Below are positions 11,696-24,707 of a stretch of DNA of 64,000 nucleotides, one piece after another; position 1 is the first letter of the stretch; the number at the start of each line of letters is the position of its first letter. Location: positions 496,001 to 560,000 of the forward strand of contig JBEUKZ010000064.1 in NCBI GenBank assembly GCA_048128005.1. The letters run 5' to 3'. Position numbers and translations under genes: made by a program. The notes under the pieces are model-generated. The model was given only the letters and a program-made list of their open reading frames with translations. It did no database searches and was not told where the DNA came from. The DNA is from Veleropilina oligotropha (lineage: Eukaryota).

Positions 11696-13249
11696 CATCA
11701 TTCCTCCCCCCTCCATCCTATAGTTCACACTCCGAGGGTCATCTCCCTTCAAAATCTTATTTATAATTCAGCAAATCGATGTATTACATTACGATTCTGT
11801 ACTGCGGATGCGACCAATTGTATCAGATCTTTTCGGGTGTAAAATTAAATAAGCATGCAGTCTGGCTAAAATTAATTCTGTCCACACAATCATATGAAAA
11901 ACATGTAAGGGGTCAAAGGATCAAATTTTTAACATCAATTACATTCCTGTGTCAGGTGAAATTGAATTTTATATTGCACTTTTAAGCCTTTTCTGACCAC
12001 TATTATTGATATGTTCTTTTTGGAAAAGGATCCCGATTCATTACTCGCTCATGTGAAACCAAACTTTTGAAGATTCCGGAGTTGGTCCATGGTGTCGAAA
12101 TGAAGTGAAGCCATGACAACGCCAGCTGGCTAATTGCCCACTTGCAGTCCCAGTATGTCACGTAATGTGTAGGGTGGTTTTAGAACATATTCTGAAATTT
12201 CCCTTTTAATAGGATAATTTTTATGAACATAGACATCATGTATGTATACTGGACAATGAAATCTATCATTTTGTACAACTGTTTTGGTAAATTATTTTGT
12301 TTCGAGTCCAAATTGGTAAGTAAGAAGACTTACAAGCACATTGATTGGTAAAGATACATTTATTTCATTCCTTTTTTGAGACACTAGAATATCATCGTCC
12401 TTTCCAAGTATCCCCACTGTTTGTGATGCAATTTTGAATTGAATCAATATAGCAGCTATAAATAATAACCTAGATAAAACATCAGACTTAGTTTCGATTT
12501 CCGTTAAGGCCGAGTGGTTATGATGCTGGCCCACAGTGACGGAACCAGATAATGATTCGATTTCCAGGAACTTTTTTCATGTGTATGTAGATTTCACACA
12601 GTATCCAGGGGCGGATTTAAAGGGGGGGGGGGCGCCGACCCTGCTCCCACTTTTGCGGGCGGAACCGATTCTGTTGAATTTGCATTTCTGTATAAAAATG
12701 ATGCATTATGATACTTTTGATAAAACCCAACGCCTACTTTTTAATTCAGTCATTAGTAGCATTAACATCGGGTCAACGACAAAATGGTTCTGTGTGCAAA
12801 TGAGGCAGCGAGAACATGGGGAAAATCTCCAATATTGAACAAAAGACTTTCCATTTGTAGACCAGCACTGTATCCACTCGGGCCATGCTGCCCTTCTGAA
12901 GATTGATCAGCACTGTATCCACTCGGGCCTTGTTGCCCTTCTGGAGATGGAGCCCACCTAAAACTCATTTCAAATAATTTCTTCAAATTCCACAATTCAT
13001 CTGACAAAGGTTGCATAAAAGTAATGTTTAGATTCTCAGGCACAGCACATTAATTATTTTTTTAAAAATATTTGTTTGACAATGTATGTTCAACAATAAT
13101 TGTTTCGCGAGTAGTTTTCTAGTTCATATTTTGCATTTTTACTTGTGCTAAAACGTAGCACTATAAGCAAGTCATCAGACGACATATCCCCCCGGTGGAA
13201 TGTTAATTTTAACACCACATCCCTGCAATATCCCCCGCAATGATAAATT

Positions 13250-14151
13250 AACAAGTAGCGAATCCTAGACCCGGCAAGTTGAGGGGAGGTATCTCCTCCC
13301 ACGGTAGCAAAAATCAATAGGCGACGTGTCCTCGTCATACCAAACGTGTATATCTAATTTGAATCAAATCGGATATTAGCTTTTTACTGTAGAGTGCACA
13401 CAAGAAATCTCCTCAAGGAAAATGGCCGCTACGGCGGCCATCTTGAATCCGAAATCATTAGGTGGTGTTTCCTCATCATAACGTGCATACAAAATTTGAA
13501 TCAAATCTGATTAAAATATGTCGCAGTAAAGCGTGCACATGAAATCTCTCCAAACAAAATGGCTGCCATCTTGAATCCAAAACCGACGAAAATCGTTAGT
13601 CTGTGTGTCCTCACCATAACTAACACGCATACCAAATTTGAATGAAATCGAATTAAAAATTTTCACTGTAAAGTGCGCACAAGAAATCTCTCCAAACAAA
13701 ACTTTGATCCGAAAATCATTGATGGCGTATCCTCATCATAACTAAAGCGCATACCGAATTTGAACTTTTCTCTGTAGAGCTCACACCAAATGTACAACAA
13801 GGGCAATAACTCTGTTATTGATCGTCGCAATTAGCAAAAGGCACCAGTTCACCAACTACTTAATACACCCACTAAGTTTCGTAAAGTTATGTTGAGCGGT
13901 GTAAGAGATACACTCCGGAAGACAAAATATTAACGAATGTACAAGGGCAGTAACTCTGTTAATAATTACCGCACGTCGAAACTGGCAAAAGGCACCAGTT
14001 CACAGACTACTTAATAGTAAATACATCCAAGTTTCGTAAAGTTATGTCGAGCGGTGTAAGAGATAACTGATATGCTCCGGAAACGATATTGATTATATAC
14101 AGACAGACTGGGCCGATCGCAAGATCCCCCCGTTAGTAACTGGGGGGATAC
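13250..14151. mobile_element. HINE/DINE-like element with internal tandem repeats
   Basis: Starts ACAAGTAGCGAATCCTAGACCCGGCAAG; internal units CATACCAAATTTGAATCAAATCGG...AAAATGGCCGCC; ends (CAGA)n plus hairpin ATCCCCCCGTTAGTAACTGGGGGGAT; relatives at 39741-40824, 42706-43341 and 46748-49288. Confidence 0.7.
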
Positions 14152-14303
14152 AAATTGCACAAAAGCCTACCTAAAAGACCCCCTTCCTTCATCACATAAA
14201 TTTCAAAAATGCGAATCTAAAAATTAAATTAAAAACTACTAATGGTTGAGTTAACATTTATACCTGTAGAGCTTTCATGAAAAGCCAATGATTCTTTGAC
14301 ACA

Positions 14304-14309
14304 TTTATT
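14304..14309 (-). promoter_or_regulatory. Candidate polyadenylation signal of the distal beta-tubulin last exon
   Basis: AATAAA on the minus strand ~52 nt after the TAA stop; conserved at 40973-40978. Confidence 0.55.
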
Positions 14310-14361
14310 TCCACTTTATAAGTACATTACGATTTTTATAAAATGTTCTGTATATGACAGC

Positions 14362-15456
<1,095 letters not shown>

Positions 15457-15854
15457 TTAATTAAAATTCAGTTAATTTAAGACAACCTCGCAGTGGTAAA
15501 GCGCAGCTCTCACACTTCACTCAGACAAACTGCGCTGATTCGACCGGAAGATGTTTATTACTCACATTAAATTAATGATTTGTCGTTTTAATAGCTGACA
15601 GGCGATTCGCCGTGGATATTCTTTTCATGGATTGGATTGAATCGATGCTATTTAATGTTCTGCATCAGGTTATGTCCATATTGCATGACGATTGCCCGGT
15701 GAAACCCGCCCTCTGGACAGTTAGACGACTGTGATTGCTAACTGTACAAAGAATGTCATTGCCCCACCCAGATTCAAACGCACTCCTGTTAGTCTGCAGC
15801 CTCCTTTCCATGGTAATATTGACAATTTCCAATGTTACCATAACAAAAGGAACA

Positions 15855-17383
15855 CTCGGCAGGATAATAAAAGAATCTGTAGAGAAAGCAGTAACGATGG
15901 CATTGGAAACCATCAAGAGTGATATAAATGCTTTCCTTGCAAATGAGATCGAAAAAATGAAAGATCATATATCGAATGTATTAAAGGAAAACAATAAATT
16001 GTTGTCAAAAATGGCCGATCTAGAAAATCAGCTATCAAATAGTGTGACCGAGAACAAAGCTCTCCGACAGGACGTGTTAATTCAATGCAACGAAAACGAG
16101 CAGTATTCCAGGCGCCAGTGCATTAGAGTATTCGGAATTGTTGAGCAGAAAGGTGAGAACTGTGCAGAACTTGTGTGCAATCTAAAGCCCCGTTTACACT
16201 ACCAAGTATAATGCGCATTAAAATAAATCTGTTTCGAACCGGTTTATAATAATCCGGCTTAAATTGCGTTTAGACACAAATAAGGATTATTTCTGTGGGT
16301 GTTATCACCTTGTAATCGGAGGTCGGCGAGAGGCATGTTTTGCCGAAGTGCCAAAATAAACATTGCTCAACAGGTCGAATCATGTACAGGCATACGACTC
16401 AAATCGAGGCTAACTGGTTTGAAGTCAGTTGGCGCGTTTACATTACAAACTGGATCGGATTAAAATTCTCAAGCCGGCTTCAAACCACATCAGGAGGTGG
16501 TTCTTTTTAAGCGGGTTCAAGTCGACTTATTTGCGTTTAAGCCCCGTTTACACTACCAAGTATAATGCGCATTAAAATAAATCGGTTTCGAACCGGTTTA
16601 TAATAATCCGGCTTAAATTGCGTTTAGACACAAATAAGGATTATTTGTGTGGGTGTTATCACCTTGTAATCGGAGGTCGGCGAGAGGCATGTTTTGCCGA
16701 AGTGCCAAAATAAACATTGCTCAACAGGTCGAATCATGTACAGGCATACGACTCAAATCGAGGCTAACCGGTTTGAAGTCAGTTGGTGCGTTTACATTAC
16801 AAACTGGATCGGATTAAAATTCTCAAGCCGGCTTCAAACCACATCAGGAGGTGGTTCTTTTTAAGCGGGTTCAAGTCGACTTATTTGCGTTTAGACACGC
16901 CAATATAATGCGCATTATTTTAAACCGGTTTCGAACCGGCTTATATTTGGTAATGTAAACGGGGCTTTTGACACGCAAATATAATGCGCATTATTTTAAA
17001 CCGGTTTCGAACCGGCTTATATTTGGTAATGTAAACGGGGCTTTATACACAATGATCTCAAGTTAGACTTGCACCCAAAGGTTGTCGATGTTGCTCATCG
17101 CGTCGGTCGTCAACAGGACAGCAATGCGCGCGCTATCATTGTCCGATTTGATTGCAGGTCCACAAAAGAAATCGTAATGAAGCACAAGTCACGCCTCAAA
17201 GGTAAAAAGATCAGTATTTTTGATGATCTCACAACTGCGAACATAAAACTCTTAAATCGTGCCAAAAATCACGATAGCGTAGAAAGCGCGTGGACCATAC
17301 ATGGAAAAATAATTGCCCTGGGTAAAAATGGAAGGAAGGTTCGCCTGCACATAGGCTGCGACATTAACGCAATGCTGAAATAA
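15855..17383 (+). pseudogene. LINE ORF1 (coiled coil plus RRM-like region) interrupted by a MITE
   Basis: Heptad-rich segment, NENEQYSRRQCIRVFGI, then AHRVG..RAIIVRF..IFDDLT; removing 16186-17045 rejoins the halves in frame (VCNLIHNDLKLDLHP). Confidence 0.85.
16186..17042. mobile_element. PIF/Harbinger-like 427-bp MITE containing a second copy of itself (16540-16966)
   Basis: TIR AGCCCCGTTTACA / TGTAAACGGGGCT with TWA-type flanks; solo copy at 50909-51335. Confidence 0.9.
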
Positions 17384-17606
17384 ACATACACATGTAATTA
17401 TTACACATCATAGTTTCCTAACTTTTGCCAATTTATTTAAATAGCATAAACAATAACTAACTAAATGTTTACTGTAGCATAAAGAACAACTGACTTTCCA
17501 TTTGTATTACAAATTCCCCTATATTTATTGTTTTTCTGTGAAACCTTACTAAATCTACTGTATTTATCAATTTTATTGTTACTTTTCTCACTTTTTCCAG
17601 TTTGTT

Positions 17607-20600
17607 ATGAATGATATTGTGTATCCTATATTATGTTCTTCCTGTTTCAAAAATGTTAAACGCAATGATCGAAGTCTATTCTGTAAAATATGTAAACAGA
17701 ACACTCATTTATCTTGTACAAATCTATCAGTAGCAGATTATCAACATATACAAGTTTCCAATTCTGAATGGTTTTGTATATCATGTTCAATAGATATATT
17801 TCCTTTCAACAATATTATCGATGACGACGAATTTCAAATTATGGCTAACTACACACAAATCCCGGATAATGTTAATATTGATCAATTAAAACAATTGATA
17901 TTTAATCCTTTTGATATTAATGCCAACAAATCCACTACAAATAATGAAGATCTAGACCCGGATAACAATTTTTATAATACTGCCATCAATACGTCATGCA
18001 AATATCTCGTCGAAGATCAGTTTAATGACATAACTCGACAAGATAACATAAATGACGGCTTTTCAACAATACACTTCAATTGTCGAAGTTTGAGCAAAAA
18101 CTTTAATAATCTCACAAACTACATCCATTCGTTGAATTACAATTTCTCTATAATTGCTGTAACCGAAACATGGTTAAATAGAAATAACGAAGATTTATTT
18201 GGATTAAAAAATTACAGAGAAATCTTTAAATCAAGACAAAACTCGAAAGGTGGTGGTGTAGGTCTATACATACAAGAAGATATCTCCTATAAAAGCAGGG
18301 AAGATCTCAGTTACTTCGATGAAACTGTGTTCGAATCTTTGTTTATCGAGATAAATATGAAAAACAGTAACAACATTATTTTTGGAGTATTATATAGACC
18401 ACCAGGATATGACATAGAGATGTATTTACAAAATATATAGATGTTATCATGACAAAAATAAACAAAGAAAACAAGACCTGTTACATAACTGGAGACTTCA
18501 ATCTAGACTTATTAAATTCAAACACTCATGCAGCCACAAAAAAATATCTCAATAGCATGTTTTCATTCTCACTATATCCACTAATAGACAAACCAACACG
18601 AATAACTGCTCACTCTGCCACACTTATAGATAATATTTTTACTAACGTTCTTATGAGGAATATTAAGGCTGGTATTCTGTATTCTGATGTTAGCGATCAT
18701 TTACCAATCTTTCAAATAACGAACTTAAAAGTAGAAAAAAGTAAACCCGCTAAACCCAAATATAAAAGAAACTTGTGCCAAAGAAATATAGACATTTTTA
18801 ACAGCAAACTAACGGAAATTGACTGGAATGACGTTTGTCAGCAATATGACGCGAATTCCTCGTATAATAAATTCTTTAAAAAGTATACAGAATTATATGA
18901 CAAATGTTTTCCTTTGTCAAAGATAAAAATAGACAAGATAAACAGCAAACCCTGGATAACAAGTGCCCTCAAAAATTCATGCAAAAGAAAAAATTACTTA
19001 TACAAAGAATATCTTCAAAAGAAAACCATATCTTCAAATGATAAATACAAAGTCTACAAAAATAAATTAAAACATTGCTACAGATTGCCAAAAAACATTA
19101 CTTCGGGAAACTCCTAACAAACGCTAAAGAAAATCTAAAAGAAACCTGGAAAATAATTAAATCAGTAATAAATTAATAAAATGTGTCAACTGATTCCTTA
19201 CCGACAGAATTCAAATACAAAGACACCATAATCAAAGGTTGAAAAACACATATTAGATAATTTCAATGAATATTTTGTAAACATAGGACCTGATTTAGAC
19301 AATAAAATTACCAAAGTCGACACCAATATTTCAAAATATATGTCTGGAAGTTTTAATAACTCCATTTATTTCACACCAGTTAATCAAGAAGAGGTATCAA
19401 GAATCATATCAAATTTTAAAACAGGGAAAAGCAGTGGATGGGATGACATATCTCCCTCAGTTATTAAACAGACGTTTTCTAAAATCCTTGTACCAATAAC
19501 TGAAATTATAAATAAATCCTTATGTTCTGGTGTTTTTCCAAGTCAATTAAAAATTGCCAAAGTCACTCCAATATTTAAAAAGGGTGACCCCTCTCAGTTT
19601 TGCAATTACAGACCGATTTCAGTTCTGCCTGTATTTTCAAAAATATTTGAAAGAGTGATTTATAATAGATTATTACAATACTTCAATACAAACAACATCT
19701 TATATAAAAAACAATTTGGCTTCAGACAAAATCACTCCACAGCAATGGCGCTCGTAGATTTAATCGATCATATATCTCAGTCAATTGACAAAGGGGAGTA
19801 CACAATAGGTATATTTATTGACTTATCAAAAGCCTTTGATACGATTAATCACGAATTACTTATACAGAAATTATATCACTATGGTGTACGTGGTGTTCCG
19901 CTTAGGCTGATTCAAAATTACTTATCAAATCGCAAACAATATGTCTACTGTAAACACGAAAAATCTTCTTTGAAAAATATCACATGTGGTGTTCCCCAAG
20001 GATCCATTTTAGGTCCATTGCTTTTCATCATATATGTTAACGACTTAGCAAACACATCAAAATTACTCAAATTCATTCTCTTTGCAGACGATACAACTAT
20101 ATTTTTTAGGCATACAGATGTAGAAGAAATGGTTGAAATCGTAAATAATGAACTAGTTAATATTAGCATATGGTTTAAAGTCAATAGACTTTCATTGAAT
20201 ATTCAAAAAACCAATTTCATGTTATTTTGTAGTAAGAAAAAACATCACAATTTAAAAGATATTGAAATACATATAGATGGAACAAAAATCATTATTGTTA
20301 ACGAAACCAAGTTCTTGGGTGTTATTATTGACACCAATTTATCATGGAAGCAACACATACACAGCGTAGAAAACAAAGTCGCCAAGAGTATCGGCGTATT
20401 ATACAAAATCCGACAAACACTCCCATCTTATATTTTACCTACATTGTATAATACACTAATTCTTCCTTACTTTGATTATTGTAATATTGTATGGGCCAGC
20501 ACATATAAATATCGCCTTAAGGGATTGCACTTGCTCCAAAAAAGAGCAATTAGAATAGTGACAACTTCGGCCTATAGAGAACATACTGCTCCTCTATTTA

Positions 20601-20911
20601 TCAAGCAAAACCAATTAAACATATTCGACATAAATAATTTACAAGTTGGACTATTCATGTATAAATTTCATAAAAATCTGTTACCAGTTTCATTTTCCAG
20701 GTTCTTTCAAAAAAATTCCGATATACACAATTATAATACCAGAAATAAAGATAACATGCATATCAACTACTATCGAACCAACACTCGTCTGTTTTCTATA
20801 AAATGTCGCGGTCCTCAAGTATGGAATTCTCTGAATTCCAAAATACAACAATCACGAACAGTCTCACATTTTAGAAAGCAATTTAAACAGGAAATGCTAA
20901 AACATTACTAG
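17607..20911 (+). pseudogene. LINE ORF2: PHD finger, APE endonuclease and reverse transcriptase, disabled
   Basis: CxxC..CxxC..HxxC..WFCxxC PHD; HFNCRSL, AVTETW, GDFN, SDHLP endonuclease motifs; YRPIS, QFGFR, DLSKAFD, GVPQGSILGP, FADD RT motifs; frameshifts near 18440 and ~19070 and stops in ~19170-19245. Confidence 0.92.
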
Positions 20912-21995
20912 AACTACATACGATCTTTATTTTTTTCATTGTATAGCTCCCGACTAGAGACGGAACATATACTACACTATAATCACCAGATACACTGATA
21001 TTATAAATATTTTTTCTTTCAAATATTCTATAAATAAATATAAATCCACATCTAAAATTTGAATGCAAATACATATATATATATACATTTGCAACAAAAC
21101 CGGGTGTTTTCTCATACAAGCCCGAAAGGGTTTCTCAAAACATCCGTCCATAACACATTTTGTATATAGACCCATATGTATATATAAAAGGTGATCAATG
21201 TAAAAATGTAAATTATATATATATATTTATGTATACATTATATGTATGTATGGGTAATTGATGATTAATGTAAAAAATGTAATAATTTGTTATGGTAAAT
21301 AAATTTGATTTGATTGAAAAAATGAAATCAAAGTTGGGAATAATAGATAAATAAACAGTCACATGGGCTTCAATAAGAAAAGCATTAGAAGGATACTGTA
21401 AATGCCTATATTTTAGCGTGCCTTTTATTTTCGCGTATCTAACTTTATTATATAAATGGTGCTGTCATATTGACACAAAATAGGGTCCACCCTAGGATCG
21501 CTCCTCATTAAATATGATTGGAGTAGGAAAGCGGATCCGGATTTTATGACGCAATTTCCTGTTTCACGTTTTCGGCTCAAACTCAACGACAATTGAACCG
21601 ATTTAAATAAGATAGGGTTCTTCAGTCTATGCTCGGTCCTCATTACAGATGATCGGAGTCGGAAAGAATGTCCGGAGTTTGGCGCAATTTCCGGTTTGCG
21701 GATTTTCGGCGCTAGCGCAAGAACGCTTCGGCATACAAACTTCAAATTATGCTCAAAATGTTCTGCAACTATTATTCGGAATGATTTCTACCTTCCACCA
21801 TTCCTTGCCACCGGGGCGAAGGTTTGCAATCTCGGATTGCCTTGTTGATATGCATATTGGTAGGTTTTACTTTTTATTTTAAAATTTTCATTTTTTCCAC
21901 TATATGGGGGTGCTACACTGGAAATGCAGGAAAAAAATTCCCCAAAGGTACCAACTTAATTGGTATCCGCCTGAATTGGCATTAGTATATATATA

Positions 21996-22757
21996 ACAAG
22001 AACGACGCGTTTGAAATATGTCTTGACCTTTCTTTATTTCCCTCAAATTTTCATAACAGTTAATACAATGGCTAAGTGCAAGTACTTCATGGCTTAATTT
22101 ACTACCCCGTCGATTGTGACGTCACCAAATGACGATTAATCTAAGGCGACGTCGTAATGACGTCATTGACATTTGCTTGCAATATTAGACATCCGTTATA
22201 TACAAATATGGATAAAAGTGCTCAATAAATGCATGTGCCGACGTGGCTCAGTGGGTTGTTCACAGGACTCTGGTCACAGAGTCTCGAGTTCGCCCCCAAG
22301 GCTCGGCGATTTCACTTGGGCAAGGAAATAAGCATATATTTGCCTCGGTCCACCCAGCCGATCTAAATGGGTACCTGGTTGGCAGTTATGTAAGTCACGG
22401 CGCTACCCGCGTGTAAATGACTGTAATGCTCCCAGAGGGAGTTGAGATGGTATATCGAATGGAAAAGGCCCATAACCAGGGGTAATAATGTTCAGCGCAT
22501 TGAGACACTAGCGTAATAATGCGCTATATAAGACCGGAGTATTATTATTATTATTATTATTTTGCAAAATTGTGTCGTGAAAGTTATATACACGACCTAC
22601 AAATACTCTTGGGAATGTGTGTACCAATTTTGGTGAAAATTGAGCGGGTAGTTTTCAAATAAATCGACGGATATATATATATATATAAGTATATAAGTAT
22701 ATACACACGGACCATTTGATAATGTCTTGTCCTTTTTTACAAAAAGGTCAAGACATA
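21996..22757. mobile_element. HINE/DINE-like element (copy B only) with a nested SINE
   Basis: ACAAGAACGACGCG start, subterminal ATGTCTTGACCT, (TA)n, terminal hairpin ATGTCTTGTCCTTTTT-TACA-AAAAGGTCAAGACAT; empty site at ~3766; SINE-free sibling at 36235-36713. Confidence 0.8.
22235..22560 (+). mobile_element. tRNA-derived SINE with Nin/Deu-like central motif and (TTA)n tail
   Basis: A box TGGCTCAGTGG, B-box-like GAGTTCGCCC, CCACCCAGCC..TAAATGGGTACC, tail GCGCTATATAAG...(TAT)n; absent from the sibling element at ~36477. Confidence 0.8.
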
Positions 22758-23277
22758 ACAAGAGCAATCAGAGGAGATTGCAAACCCTCGCCACGGGGCC
22801 AAAGACGACGATGGTGAAAGTCAGAAATGTCTACGATCAATATTTCTAAACATGAATTACAATCATGAAATGAAATCACAAATTTAAAAAATAAGGAATA
22901 TCAAAATTTAAATAAAAATAAATATTTTGGGGGTAATGGGAGTCGAACCCCTGACCTCGACAGTCTAATGACTACGGCTAATTTAGGCTATTTATATTGG
23001 GTGTTATATTTTTGTAATTGCAAATTTTGCCGAAGTTGACAATACTTAACTCGCAATAACTCAAAACTTAATAAAGCGATTTACGTGAAATTTTCAAGAA
23101 AGATAGGTTACGGTAACCTTGCTGAATGGTGTAAATTATATAACGGTGTTAGCAGTATTTAAAGTTGCATTAACCGTAAGTAGCTAAAAACGCTTTTAAT
23201 TTTAAACCACAGACCGCAAATGTATTTTTGCCACTTAGCTAAAGTTAAAAACTTTGCAATTTAAAAAAAATTCTATA

Positions 23278-24707
23278 CATAGGTTGCAGATGACGTCACG
23301 CAGTCCCATAATTCTGTGCGTGGCGCCATTACGGAAGGAAAGGAATAACACGAGGGATATAAGATTACAGTATAAATCGATTCAATTATGTGAAAATAAA
23401 TGATAAATATAGAAATTCACGGAAGCTTTGGGTTCGATTTGGTTTAGTTCATACAACAACAGCAGAGCCTTCGTCATTTAAATTAAATAACTGGTCCAAT
23501 TTTAGGCTATTAATTAAGCCTAACCATAGCTAAAATTTCATTAGAATCTTACAATTAGCCTTATAAATACCTTTTGTGTTCTTTATTCAACTGTCGACGG
23601 TAACAATAGCGTTGAACATCCATCGAATTGAAATAAAATCAGACCGCCATCAAAGTTTGATACATTGATTCATATTGTTTTAAAACGTAAAAGTAGGCGC
23701 CTACGTTAGTCCCTTTGATCGGAAATGTTGTCCATTGTAATGTGAAAGCAATTTTCGCATTCCGATTGTATTTCGGTATTTATATATTTAATCTAAAATT
23801 CGATCTTATAATTTATTTCGTACATGCCTCGGGTCTGTGCATATGGCGAATGCTAGGGAACAAACACATACGCGCAGTGATATAGCTGTGGATTTTCCAA
23901 ACATGTACGACACGTTAAGCTTAGTAGTCTTTTTCAAAAAACCCAAAAGCGTTAATGTGTTACCATTGGAAGGGTAGGTAGGCCTATACAGCAAATTTTT
24001 TGTTTAATTTTATAAACTTTGAAAGACAGACATTAGATCAAGAACTATATTTTATTGCGGAACGTTCAAATTGCGCAAGCTGGTTATTTCAGTCAAATGG
24101 TTTTTGTAGCCTAGATGTGTTTACAAGAAACAATGGGTCTGCCGCACAAATAAAATGTTGCCTATTTATCAGCTTGGCAATGACATCCTGTGGTCTCAAT
24201 TGAATTATCAACAAGACAATAACCATTGAAAATAACAATTAGCACTGCAGCGGGGTACGCAAGAACGACGTGCGATCGGGGAAACATTCAATTAATCCGT
24301 AAAAAGACAAAACGTACGTACTATAATAGGCTTACTACATTTAGTAATATACATACGATAATTTATTGACAATTTATATAATGTAGGAACTAATTAACTA
24401 AAACTTAGGAACTAATTAACTCAAGTCAGTAACAGTATAGCGTATTACATGAATATTTACTTTATTCGCCGCATTTGTTTTTCTGCGGTTGCGATATCAA
24501 ACTTAACAACTTCCCGTAAGAACAGCAACTCATGAATATTCAAATATTAAAATTAATGAATGCTCCTTCACACGTATTTTATTGTTTTCTACAGATATTT
24601 TACGTATTGACCAGTATTCATTTGATTGACTGCTACCAGTGTTTGCCTTCCGCGATGGCGGACGACTCGGTGATCACGTGGTTTTGGTCACGTGTCTGCA
24701 ACCTATG
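23278..24707. mobile_element. Non-autonomous TIR DNA transposon with TATA (or TA) TSD (copy B only)
   Basis: TIR CATAGGTTGCAGA / TCTGCAACCTATG flanked by TATA on both sides; empty site TTCTACAGGTG at ~4254; no transposase ORF seen. Confidence 0.85.

Larger units (their letters stand above)
15855..21316 (+). mobile_element. CR1/L2-group LINE, near full length, disabled (copy A only)
   Basis: Empty site GGAACA|AAAAAATGAAATC at ~42536; ORF1 and ORF2 present; 3' tail AAATAAATTTGATTTGATTG; no TSD; appears 5'-truncated within or near ORF1. Confidence 0.95.

Noticed and set aside
15480..15550. A/B-box-like motifs in the intron next to the tubulin acceptor
   Set aside because: Too degenerate to call a tRNA or define a SINE without a search.
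15735..15854. N-terminal extension of the 158-aa ORF fusing intron sequence to LINE ORF1
   Set aside because: Chance in-frame read-through from host intron sequence (also present at ~42415-42535) across the LINE 5' junction.
21461..21470. Junction 10-mer GCTGTCATAT equals the reverse complement of sequence next to the tubulin stop codon
   Set aside because: A 10-bp match is plausible by chance in 64 kb; the local hairpin explains the filler more simply.
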